Source of the DNA: Candidatus Kaiserbacteria bacterium
GTDB lineage: Bacteria; Patescibacteriota; Minisyncoccia; Phycocordibacterales; SBAW01
DNA length: 36,328 nt
Direction of reading: 5' to 3'
Assembly (NCBI GenBank): GCA_009691465.1
Contig: SICK01000003.1
Coordinates: 1 to 36,328 of the forward strand
Shown here one piece after another: positions 8,444 through 22,163 of this stretch. A model generated the notes under the pieces. That model was not told the origin of the DNA. It saw only the letters and a list, made by a program, of their open reading frames with translations, and did no database searches. Each line of letters opens with the position of its first letter. Position 1 is the first letter of the stretch. A program made the translations under genes and the position numbers.

Positions 8444-9310
8444 CTAGTTGTCCGGCCTAAAGTGAGTGTCGGACTCTTCGCGCGGGAGGTTTATGCGGTA
8501 GATATCAAACGAGTTTTCGCCCTCAAACATGTCGGAGGGGTTGGGGAGAAATACTTTGGTGTTTGCGAGTGCGGCGGTAGCATCGCGCACCAGCCGGTTA
8601 AATATAATAAACTCTTCGCGGAAGGGGCGAAAGTCGATCACGTGCCGCCGCATCTGCGGCGCGCCGTCCGCGTTGCGCGATATCTTGCACTCGTGCACGA
8701 TAAACCGCCGCACGGGTTTGTTAAACGTTTTTTTGACCGTGTAATAGTTGAAGATCGCCTGCAGCACAAAGAGCGCCTTGTCTCCTTTGTATGGACTAAA
8801 CGCTGCCACAAATTTATGGTCCACAACGTCTACCCCGCGCACGTCGACGCCGCTTTGCACCACCAAGTCGGACACCGCTTTGATAGGGAGCGGCAAGCCC
8901 TCGACCGTTACCGTGGCCTTGACCTCGACCCCCAGCACCTTGTACTTGGGCGGCCGCGCGAGATAAAACTCGATGCCCTGCAAATATTCCCTCTCCATGC
9001 TCTGCCGCTTTGCCCGCCGCGCGGACGCAGTCTTTGCGCGGCCGAAGTTTATCTCAAACTCGGGCACGTCGCGCAAGTACGCGAGCCCCAACTCCACCGC
9101 CCCCTCTTTTGAAATCCCGCCGTAGTAGTGCTGCAAGGCCGTGTGCGCTGCGCGCCCCACGATGCCCGCCGGGGTCGAGGGCATGTCGTATACGAGCTCG
9201 ACATAGCGTTTGTGCCACGCCAGCGGATTGCGCAAAAAAGCCATCAGAGAGGAGTGGCTCCAGTGCTGGATGGGGAGCTTAGTAGCTCTTGAGGCGACGC
9301 GCTTTGTCAT
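8444..9310 (-). CDS. PD-(D/E)XK superfamily nuclease (RecB/Cas4-like fold, no Fe-S cysteine cluster)
   Basis: N-terminal [20 protein letters not shown], a D...(D/E)xK core (AVSDLVV...VDVVDHKF) and QAIFNYY (QxxxY). The start overlaps the rpoD stop region by 32 nt. Confidence 0.7.
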   Translation of the reverse strand: MTKRVASRATKLPIQHWSHSSLMAFLRNPLAWHKRYVELVYDMPSTPAGIVGRAAHTALQHYYGGISKEGAVELGLAYLRDVPEFEINFGRAKTASARRAKRQSMEREYLQGIEFYLARPPKYKVLGVEVKATVTVEGLPLPIKAVSDLVVQSGVDVRGVDVVDHKFVAAFSPYKGDKALFVLQAIFNYYTVKKTFNKPVRRFIVHECKISRNADGAPQMRRHVIDFRPFREEFIIFNRLVRDATAALANTKVFLPNPSDMFEGENSFDIYRINLPREESDTHFRPDN

Positions 9311-10532
9311 GGGTGCGGATGCGCTCCAGTGCCTTGGCTTCTATCTGGCGGATGCGCTCGCGGGTGACGCCAAACTTCTTTCCTACCTCTTCAAGTGTGT
9401 GATAGATGCCGTCTTCGAGCCCGTGACGCAGCTTCAAAATCTCGCGCTCTTTCGGGGAGAGCTCATCCAAAATCTCGCGCAGCTGGTCGCCGAGGATGCG
9501 CCGTGACACCTCTTGGTCGGGGGAGAGTATCTTGTCGTCTTTTATAAAGTCGCCCAACACCGACTTGTCCTCGCCGTCGTCGGAGCCCACCGGGCTCTCG
9601 AGCGACACGGTGTCCTGGTCTATCTTTTCTATCTGGTAAATCTTTTCGACGTCAACGCCCATCTCGAGCGCCACCTCCTCGGCCAACGGGTCGCGGCCAA
9701 GGTCTTGCGCCAGGCGGCGGGACACCTGTTTGTATTTGGCAATGGTCTCGACCATGTGCACGGGGATGCGGATAGTGCGCGACTGGTCGGCCAGCGCGCG
9801 GGTGATAGCCTGCCGTATCCACCACGTGGCGTAGGTCGAAAATTTGAACCCTTTGGTAAAGTCGAACTTGTCCACGGCCTTAAAGAGCCCGAGGTTGCCT
9901 TCTTGGATCAAGTCCAGGAGTGTGAGGTCGGGCGAGCGGCCGACGTACTTTTTGGCGATAGAAACCACGAGGCGCAGGTTGGCACGCGCCAGCAGGTTGC
10001 GCGCCTCGTCGTCGCCCTCGGTAATACGCTTTGCCAGCTCGCGCTCCTCTACCCCGCTTAGGAGCGGATACTTGCCTATCTCGCGCAGGTACATTTGTAT
10101 CGAGTCGTACTGGCTGTCCGAGCGCGAGTAGCCCTTTTCGGCTTCGGCCTCGGTCAAGTCGAGCATGCCGCCGCCTTCCAACACGTCTATATGTGCGGTC
10201 TGGAACTTGTCGTACAGTTCTTCGAGGAACATGACATCAGTCTCGATATTGGGAAAGGATTTGAGGATTTCGTCGTACGTGACAAAACCGCGTGTGCGCC
10301 CGCGCGCCATCAGCGCCTCGGCTTTTTTGTTTTGCTCGTCTATCCTCTTTTGCAGTTTTGGGCTGACCTTCGGCGCGGGGGCCGCTTTTTTGGCGGGCTT
10401 CTTTTTGGATTTGGGTGCCAACTTTGCCCGGCGCTTTTGAGCCGCCTTCTTAAACTTGGCCGACGCTCGGGTCGGCCCCCCGACCTTTTTGCGTCGGGGC
10501 TTAGTCTTTTTAGAAGCTTTCTTTTTGGCCAT
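9279..10532 (-). CDS. rpoD: primary RNA polymerase sigma factor (sigma-70 family) with a Lys-rich N-terminal tail
   Basis: Regions 1.2-4.2 are recognisable: [57 protein letters not shown]. Located downstream of dnaG. Confidence 0.95.
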   Translation of the reverse strand: MAKKKASKKTKPRRKKVGGPTRASAKFKKAAQKRRAKLAPKSKKKPAKKAAPAPKVSPKLQKRIDEQNKKAEALMARGRTRGFVTYDEILKSFPNIETDVMFLEELYDKFQTAHIDVLEGGGMLDLTEAEAEKGYSRSDSQYDSIQMYLREIGKYPLLSGVEERELAKRITEGDDEARNLLARANLRLVVSIAKKYVGRSPDLTLLDLIQEGNLGLFKAVDKFDFTKGFKFSTYATWWIRQAITRALADQSRTIRIPVHMVETIAKYKQVSRRLAQDLGRDPLAEEVALEMGVDVEKIYQIEKIDQDTVSLESPVGSDDGEDKSVLGDFIKDDKILSPDQEVSRRILGDQLREILDELSPKEREILKLRHGLEDGIYHTLEEVGKKFGVTRERIRQIEAKALERIRTHDKARRLKSY

Positions 10533-10549
10533 TATTGGTCAGTATTATA

Positions 10550-12178
10550 TCACAAAAATTTCATTTTGAAACGCTCCTTTTCTTGCTGGCGGGCAATCTC
10601 CCCCAGCATATCCTCTGCTATAACCGCCTCGCTGGTATGCTCTCCCACCTCTGCATCAAAGCGGAAGCGCAGGCTTTCGGCCTGCGGCTGCAGCCGGCGC
10701 TCCAGCTCTGCAAGTACGTCAACGCCCACCAAGGACTCCAATTTTGTACGTTCTTGGCTCCAACCGAAGAGCACCATGCCTATCTTGCGCTCGAGCGGCG
10801 TCAAGTCCGATTCTAAACCCCTTTGCTGAATCTCCGATGAATCCCATGAGATAGGCCCGCCCACCATCTCACGGGACTGGGCTTTTACTTTACCGAGCTC
10901 GGTTCTGATAGCCGTTTCGGACACCCCCAATCGTCCGGCGATGAGCCGGAGATACTGCTCTTGTTCGATAGAACTGCCAACCGCCGCAACCAACGGAAGA
11001 ACCGATACTTCGACTATTTTTGCATACGCGCGCGCATCGCGTGCCGCGGGGCGCAAAGCGTCGAGAAAGAACTCGACCGCCGTTTTGCTGGTGCGCACCG
11101 CTGCTTTAAGCAACTCCGGGTTCTCGCGCGCAAGGTCGGCAGGGTCCTTACCTTCGGGGAACACGGGCACTTTGACATCAAAACCTTGTGTCAGAGCCAT
11201 ATGGGCGGACTTCAATCCCGAGCGCAAGCCCGCCTGGTCGGCGTCGAGCGCGAGCACCAACCGCTTGCTCAACCTCCCCAAGAGCGATAAGTGTTCGGGG
11301 GTGAGCGCTGTGCCCGAGAGCGCCACGGCAAACGGGAGGCCCGATTGATGTGCGAGCACAAGGTCAAACTGCCCCTCGACCAATAAAATGCAATCGAGTT
11401 TACGGATGCTGGAACGCGCCCTATCAAGACCATACAATGTGCGCGACTTTTTAAACAGCAGCGTCTCGGGCGAGTTTACGTACTTGGCGGGTTCGCCATC
11501 GTCCCGCCCACCCGGGACCTTCTCAAAAAAGCGGCCCGATACGGCAATGGGTTTGCCCGCAACGTCAAATATAGGAAAGATAATACGCCCACGAAACCGG
11601 TCAAAGACCTCACCGGGGCGTTTTTCGGATTTGATACCAAAACCCGCTTCGACTATCTCGTCGGGACTTATGCCGAGCGAACGCAAGTGTTTCGAGAGAC
11701 TCTCCCACTCGGCGGGCGCATAGCCGAGACACCAGTTTTTTATAGTGTCGTCATGTACGCCGCGGTTCTTCAAGTACTCCAGTACCTCTGTGCGTGCCGA
11801 AAGTACCTGTTCAAAAAAAGCGACCGCGGCCTCGCACACTTCGCGCAAGCGCTCCTCTTTTTCCTTCTCCTCCGGAGCGCGGGCCTTGCCCGACCGAGGC
11901 TCGAGCTTGATGCCGGCCTTTTCGGCCAGCTGCCGCAGGACGGTGACAAAGTCCGTCCCATCCATCTTCTGCACAAAACTAAAGACGTCTCCCCCCTCGC
12001 CACAACCAAAGCACTTGTAGGTCCCGCGCTCGGGGCTCACATGGAAGCTCGGCGTCCGCTCTTTGTGGAAAGGGCATTTGCCCGTCCAACTCCTGCCCGC
12101 CCGGCGCAGCGTCATATACTGCCCGACAATGTCGACGATGTTTATCCGGTCCTTGATTTGCTGTACCTCGTCGTCCAT
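10550..12178 (-). CDS. dnaG: DNA primase
   Basis: Zinc ribbon CPFHKERTPSFHVSPERGTYKCFGCGEGGDVFSFV and a Toprim domain (LVEGQFDL...LDADQAG). Confidence 0.95.
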   Translation of the reverse strand: MDDEVQQIKDRINIVDIVGQYMTLRRAGRSWTGKCPFHKERTPSFHVSPERGTYKCFGCGEGGDVFSFVQKMDGTDFVTVLRQLAEKAGIKLEPRSGKARAPEEKEKEERLREVCEAAVAFFEQVLSARTEVLEYLKNRGVHDDTIKNWCLGYAPAEWESLSKHLRSLGISPDEIVEAGFGIKSEKRPGEVFDRFRGRIIFPIFDVAGKPIAVSGRFFEKVPGGRDDGEPAKYVNSPETLLFKKSRTLYGLDRARSSIRKLDCILLVEGQFDLVLAHQSGLPFAVALSGTALTPEHLSLLGRLSKRLVLALDADQAGLRSGLKSAHMALTQGFDVKVPVFPEGKDPADLARENPELLKAAVRTSKTAVEFFLDALRPAARDARAYAKIVEVSVLPLVAAVGSSIEQEQYLRLIAGRLGVSETAIRTELGKVKAQSREMVGGPISWDSSEIQQRGLESDLTPLERKIGMVLFGWSQERTKLESLVGVDVLAELERRLQPQAESLRFRFDAEVGEHTSEAVIAEDMLGEIARQQEKERFKMKFL

Positions 12179-12192
12179 AGGGTCTATGGTAA

Positions 12193-12226
12193 CAAAAACC
12201 CGAGGTTTTCACCTCGGAGTTTTTGT
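12193..12226 (-). terminator. intrinsic terminator after rpoBC
   Basis: The minus strand reads AAAAACT-CCGAGGT-gaaa-ACCTCGG-GTTTTTGTT, between the rpoBC stop (12242) and the dnaG start (12178). Confidence 0.7.
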
Positions 12227-12241
12227 TTTCTAATATATGCG

Positions 12242-19111
<6,870 letters not shown>

Positions 19112-19229
19112 AGTAATTTTGTATGAAGATTAATAAGCCGCACCACCCGCCCTAAACTCAATTAGTAATTTATGAGAGAACGCAAGGATCATGGCCTGTC
19201 CATGAAATCAAGTCTGTTGTGCACACTCA

Positions 19230-19270
19230 CAAAACACGAAAAGAGGCGGGCGCATATAGCTCCCGTCCGC
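19230..19270 (-). terminator. intrinsic terminator or attenuator about 120 nt upstream of the rpoBC start
   Basis: The minus strand reads GCGGACGGGAGC-uauau-GCGCCCGCC followed by TCTTTTCGTGTTTTG. Confidence 0.65.
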
Positions 19271-19370
19271 TTCTTATATGAAGCTCTAGGTTAATCCCTG
19301 CACTTCTTACTGTATCGAAACCGCCTATCCGATACACAATCGCCCCTTGCGGAGCCCCCGTTGGTTTCGC
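19230..19370 (-). ncRNA. candidate ~140-nt structured RNA (unclassified sRNA, or rpoBC leader/attenuator)
   Basis: Bounded by a near-consensus promoter and the terminator above. It contains a GNRA hairpin GCUCC-GCAA-GGGGC (19355-19342) and a 7-bp hairpin UGUAUCG-N12-CGAUACA (19336-19311). Confidence 0.4.
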
Positions 19371-19375
19371 TAGCC

Positions 19376-19403
19376 AGTATAGCAGGTGGGCTTTGGCTGT
19401 CAA
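19376..19403 (-). promoter_or_regulatory. near-consensus sigma-70 promoter
   Basis: Minus strand TTGACA (19403-19398), 16-nt spacer, TATACT (19381-19376). Confidence 0.6.
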
Positions 19404-19420
19404 ACCCCCTCTCCACACCC

Positions 19421-19449
19421 TTGCTAAATACCCCACACCATGTCAGAGT
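19421..19449 (+). promoter_or_regulatory. weak candidate promoter for the 87-aa gene
   Basis: TTGCTA, 17 nt, CAGAGT. It sits back to back with the minus-strand promoter. Confidence 0.25.
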
Positions 19450-19487
19450 GTTTTTTAGACCGGTACCAATAGAAGGAGTAAAGAGAC

Positions 19488-19751
19488 ATGCCCCAATCAG
19501 GAGCGCTTTGCGGCATGGCGCCGCCGCTTGATATATCTCTGCGCGGCAACGTCCAGGCCTTTGAACTTAAGCATGGCAACCTACACACCGCATTTATGCT
19601 TGAGTCCGGCATGCAGATCACCATCGAAGAGATCCGCATGCAGGGCAACTGCGAGGGTGTGTTTGAAGCCGCGCGGTTCCGCTACGGCAACAAATACTAT
19701 TGGGCGCCAACCGGCGAGCTCGCCAAATATTGCTTGGCCGTCACGACCTAG
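19488..19751 (+). CDS. hypothetical small protein (87 aa)
   Basis: Strong SD GAAGGAG 9 nt upstream of the ATG. A textbook terminator starts 1 nt after the stop. No recognisable motif. Confidence 0.7.
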   Translation: MPQSGALCGMAPPLDISLRGNVQAFELKHGNLHTAFMLESGMQITIEEIRMQGNCEGVFEAARFRYGNKYYWAPTGELAKYCLAVTT

Positions 19752-19777
19752 ACCGGAGCACCCGCTCCGGTTTTTTT
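19752..19777 (+). terminator. intrinsic terminator of the 87-aa gene
   Basis: CCGGAGC-accc-GCTCCGG followed by TTTTTTT. Confidence 0.85.
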
Positions 19778-19781
19778 ATAT

Positions 19782-19807
19782 AAAAAACGCCGCGGAAATC
19801 CGCGGCG
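19782..19807 (-). terminator. intrinsic terminator of the 68-aa minus-strand gene
   Basis: The minus strand reads CGCCGCGG-auuu-CCGCGGCG followed by TTTTTT. Confidence 0.8.
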
Positions 19808-19838
19808 GCGATGAACAGAAGATGGTGGAGAAGAGCCG

Positions 19839-20045
19839 CTAGCCGGGCAGCGACACCGGGCGCGGACCGTCTTTATAGCCGGTGATGTACTCGGCCGGCA
19901 CGGTCATGGTGACCGAGTTGGCGGAGCCGAGTTCGAAGACCACTTCCTGCTTGCCGGGCTCCTTGGCGGGTCCCAGCAGAAAGCCGGGCATGCCCTTCGG
20001 GATGGTAACCCTTCGCTGGACCTTGGAAATGTGGACCTTACCCAC
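19839..20045 (-). CDS. small protein (68 aa), possibly an AbrB/SpoVT-like DNA-binding fold
   Basis: GTG start. The segment KVQRRVTIPKGMPGFLLGPAKEPGKQEVVFEL loosely fits the looped-hinge-helix pattern (xVTIPKx...pGdxVxxE). It has its own terminator. The start is uncertain because the strong SD upstream serves a different frame (see findings). Confidence 0.55.
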   Translation of the reverse strand: MGKVHISKVQRRVTIPKGMPGFLLGPAKEPGKQEVVFELGSANSVTMTVPAEYITGYKDGPRPVSLPG

Positions 20046-20167
20046 GCCCTCGATCGGGACCGCCGCTTCAATCAGTTTGATCTCGTCCTTACCCCTGCGA
20101 AGAACCGTTCGTACCGTTTGTCACGGGCAACTCCTTGGTTTTCCTTGGGGGGACATCCCCACCGACC

Positions 20168-20196
20168 ACCATACCCTCCAATCCCCACTGCGTCAA
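20168..20196 (-). promoter_or_regulatory. candidate sigma-70 promoter for the 68-aa gene region
   Basis: Minus strand TTGACG (20196-20191), 17-nt spacer, TATGGT (20173-20168). Confidence 0.45.
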
Positions 20197-20226
20197 TCCT
20201 TGTTATCCAGAGCTCTTATTACTTAA

Positions 20227-20250
20227 TATCAAGGACTCTCCTTGATATTT
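20227..20250. repeat. 24-nt palindromic repeat, copy 1 (intergenic)
   Basis: TATCAAGGA-CTC-TCCTTGATA-TTT. Exactly identical to 21252-21275. It lies between the divergent island promoters. Confidence 0.9.
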
Positions 20251-20257
20251 CTACCTC

Positions 20258-20287
20258 TTGACTCGCCTACCAACGGCAAGGCACAGT
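20258..20287 (+). promoter_or_regulatory. weak candidate promoter for the 166-aa gene
   Basis: TTGACT, 18 nt, CACAGT. The architecture resembles the candidate promoter of the 87-aa gene. Confidence 0.25.
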
Positions 20288-20318
20288 ACTGCCAGCTTGA
20301 TCTTACAAGGAGAGTCCG

Positions 20319-20819
20319 ATGGACCGTGAGAAATTGCTTGCCGAAGCTGAAGCGTTTTTCTGCCGCGGGATGGCCACTGACAGCTACGCCAGCGGCGCCA
20401 AAGCCCATCCAGTAGAAGATTGGTTAGGGTGGGAAGCTTACGAATACCGCGAGGGCGACCTCCGGCTCGTGGATATGTACACCGTCGACCCCGACACGGG
20501 GAAGTCCTTCGGGAACACGTACATCCACTACCAGGGAAGAACTATCTGGATGATGTCCTATGGCGGCTTCTACAAAAAAGAGGCGACCCCCTGTCTCAAG
20601 AGTGCGCTGATGGCCAACTACACTCGAGGTATCTTCGATATGGGCCGCGGGCAGAACGGGTTTGCCGATGGGGCGTACATCTACCTAATCGGCTCATACA
20701 ATCCGTCGTGTAGCTTTGAGCGGTTCTATGCTCGCGAAGGCATCCGGCAACACGTACCCGGTGGTAAGGAGCTCGAATCTGTCGGCGGCCACGAAGTCTG
20801 GGGCATGGCAGTCATCTAA
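20319..20819 (+). CDS. hypothetical protein (166 aa), DUF5680-like by pattern
   Basis: SD AAGGAG 7 nt upstream of the ATG and a terminator directly after the stop. The pattern YxYxEGDLRLVDMY...GKSFGNTYIHYQGRTIWMMSYGGF...LKSALMANY...GRGQNGFADGAYIY...FERFYAREGI...GGHEVWG matches my recollection of DUF5680. Needs an HMM check. Confidence 0.7.
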   Translation: MDREKLLAEAEAFFCRGMATDSYASGAKAHPVEDWLGWEAYEYREGDLRLVDMYTVDPDTGKSFGNTYIHYQGRTIWMMSYGGFYKKEATPCLKSALMANYTRGIFDMGRGQNGFADGAYIYLIGSYNPSCSFERFYAREGIRQHVPGGKELESVGGHEVWGMAVI

Positions 20820-20843
20820 CCGGAGCATCGCTCCGGTTTTTTT
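20820..20843 (+). terminator. intrinsic terminator of the 166-aa gene; the T-run overlaps the trmD stop
   Basis: CCGGAGC-atc-GCTCCGG followed by TTTTTTT. Stem and tail are identical to the terminator at 19752-19777. Confidence 0.85.
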
Positions 20844-21492
20844 ATTTCGGATTGCTGCGTTTTTTGGATTTCCAGGTGTCCATATTTGCATGGTGCCCAG
20901 AGAGGAGGACTTTGGGGACTACGAAATTTTTGCCTTTTATTTTGAGGACCTCGGGCCGGGTGTATATCTCGTGGCTCGCCACACGCGACTCTTCGAGCGA
21001 CTCGAACTTGCCGAGCACTCCTTTGATCTGCCGCGCGGTCGCGTCGATGATAGCCATCGCCGGCACCTCGCCCCCGGTCAAAATGTAGGGGCCGACCGAC
21101 ACCTCCTCCGCCTTTAAAACTTTTTTGACCCGGGCATCAATCCCCTCGTACCGCCCACAAATAATAATTACATCCTTCAACTTGGAAAGTTTTTTGGCGT
21201 AAGCATTGGTCAGCGGCTTGCCCCCCACAGCAGTAATAAGCACCTTCGGATTATCAAGGACTCTCCTTGATATTTTTTGGACGGCTTTGATGACCGGCTC
21301 GGCGCGCAGGACCATCCCGGGGCCGCCGCCGTACGGGCGCTCGTCTACCTTGCCCCACTTGTTGCCCGCGGTGTCGCGCAGTTGATAGGTCTTTACTTTG
21401 AGTAACTTCTCCCGCTGGGCACGACCAAGAATCGAGGCAGTAGTGTAGGCTTCGACCACCTCGGGAAACAGGGTGATGACATGAAAGGTCAT
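20842..21492 (-). CDS. trmD: tRNA (guanine37-N1)-methyltransferase
   Basis: ITLFPE, RPYGGGPGMVL, CGRYEGIDARV, GPYILTGGEVPAMAIIDA, YTRPE, LLSGHHA. Confidence 0.95.
   Translation of the reverse strand: MTFHVITLFPEVVEAYTTASILGRAQREKLLKVKTYQLRDTAGNKWGKVDERPYGGGPGMVLRAEPVIKAVQKISRRVLDNPKVLITAVGGKPLTNAYAKKLSKLKDVIIICGRYEGIDARVKKVLKAEEVSVGPYILTGGEVPAMAIIDATARQIKGVLGKFESLEESRVASHEIYTRPEVLKIKGKNFVVPKVLLSGHHANMDTWKSKKRSNPK
21252..21275. repeat. 24-nt palindromic repeat, copy 2 (inside the trmD coding sequence, encoding KISRRVLD)
   Basis: Exact copy of 20227-20250. It is in frame within trmD. Confidence 0.9.
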
Positions 21493-21537
21493 GCCGCCGT
21501 TGTACCCTTTTTCAACTCCTCGCGCAATTTCATAGAG

Positions 21538-22002
21538 TTATCGAATCTTGGATAAATCGCCCTCAAGTACGACCGGCTTCATGCCGTAGATCTCTTGTTT
21601 GTAGGACAACTCTGATGAGACCGGGTGCAATATATAGATAGGTTTCTGTTGGAAGAACGCGACTCCCATCTCCATCAGCGTATTACCGCCCACATACCCG
21701 GCAACACCGCGTTTCTCGGGGTTGACCACCAAAATAGCCTCGCCCCAATTTATTTTTTCGTAGTGGTCGCGGATGGCGCTCTCTTTGAGATCCCACAACT
21801 CATGGCCCACGGGGAAGGAATCTATCCCGCCATTATCCTCGACGTATTTACCGAAGTACACCTTGTCCCCACCCCCAAATTGTTGCGGGACCTCAAGCGC
21901 CAGCTGCGGGATCTTTACCTCATGCCCCAACGCCAACAGGTCATCCCGCGCAGCCTCCATATCTTTATAAAAAGCGATACTACCGCACACGGTAATCTTC
22001 AT
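21538..22002 (-). CDS. nucleoside 2-deoxyribosyltransferase-like (Rossmann-like) protein
   Basis: MKITVCGSIAFYKDM...GHEV..P...AILVVN...GYVGGNTLMEMGVAFFQQKPIYIL fits the Ndt-like fold pattern. The track start at 22020 is a TTG, so the ATG at 22002 is preferred. TATACT lies just upstream. Confidence 0.55.
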   Translation of the reverse strand: MKITVCGSIAFYKDMEAARDDLLALGHEVKIPQLALEVPQQFGGGDKVYFGKYVEDNGGIDSFPVGHELWDLKESAIRDHYEKINWGEAILVVNPEKRGVAGYVGGNTLMEMGVAFFQQKPIYILHPVSSELSYKQEIYGMKPVVLEGDLSKIR

Positions 22003-22023
22003 ACCGGTAGTATATCCCAAAAC

Positions 22024-22050
22024 AAAATCCGCCCGTAGGCGGATTTTGTG
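22024..22050 (-). terminator. intrinsic terminator downstream of the rpsP/KH genes
   Basis: The minus strand reads AAAATCCGCC-tacg-GGCGGATTTT followed by GTTTTG. Confidence 0.75.
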
Positions 22051-22163
22051 AAGCGAAGTAAAAATAAATTTTTAGGGCAATCAGTTGACGGCGACGGCCG
22101 GAGACATAGGAATTTTCTAGCAGGAAAATTCCGGTGACCAAAAAATTTGATTTTTACGGAGCT

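Noticed and set aside
19230-19370. Attempt to assign the structured RNA to a known family (c-di-GMP-I/GEMM, ZTP/pfl, tmRNA, RNase P, SRP, 6S).
   Set aside because: There are only short, partial resemblances (for example GCGAAACC...CCGCAAGGGG versus GEMM, and ACUGGC...ACCAACGGGGGCUCC versus pfl). The diagnostic conserved blocks are absent: the CCGCCUGGGC pseudoknot strand, GAGGAAAGUCC, the GGUUCGA T-arm and the AGCAGCC/GGAA of SRP. The genomic context upstream of rpoBC also does not fit those riboswitches.
19227-19436. 69-aa minus-strand ORF (GTG start) covering the rpoBC upstream region.
   Set aside because: It would start upstream of, and read through, the TTGACA/TATACT promoter. It has no SD, it ends inside the terminator U-run, and its sequence is explained by RNA hairpins. 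It is treated as non-coding.
21252-21275. Idea that the trmD copy of the palindrome is an in-frame inserted mini-element (Rickettsia-palindromic-element-like).
   Set aside because: The distance between the conserved GGGPGM and CGRYEG motifs is 51 residues here. By my recollection of E. coli TrmD it is also 51 there. So there is no extra 8-codon insertion, and the palindrome occupies ordinary, variable-linker coding sequence.
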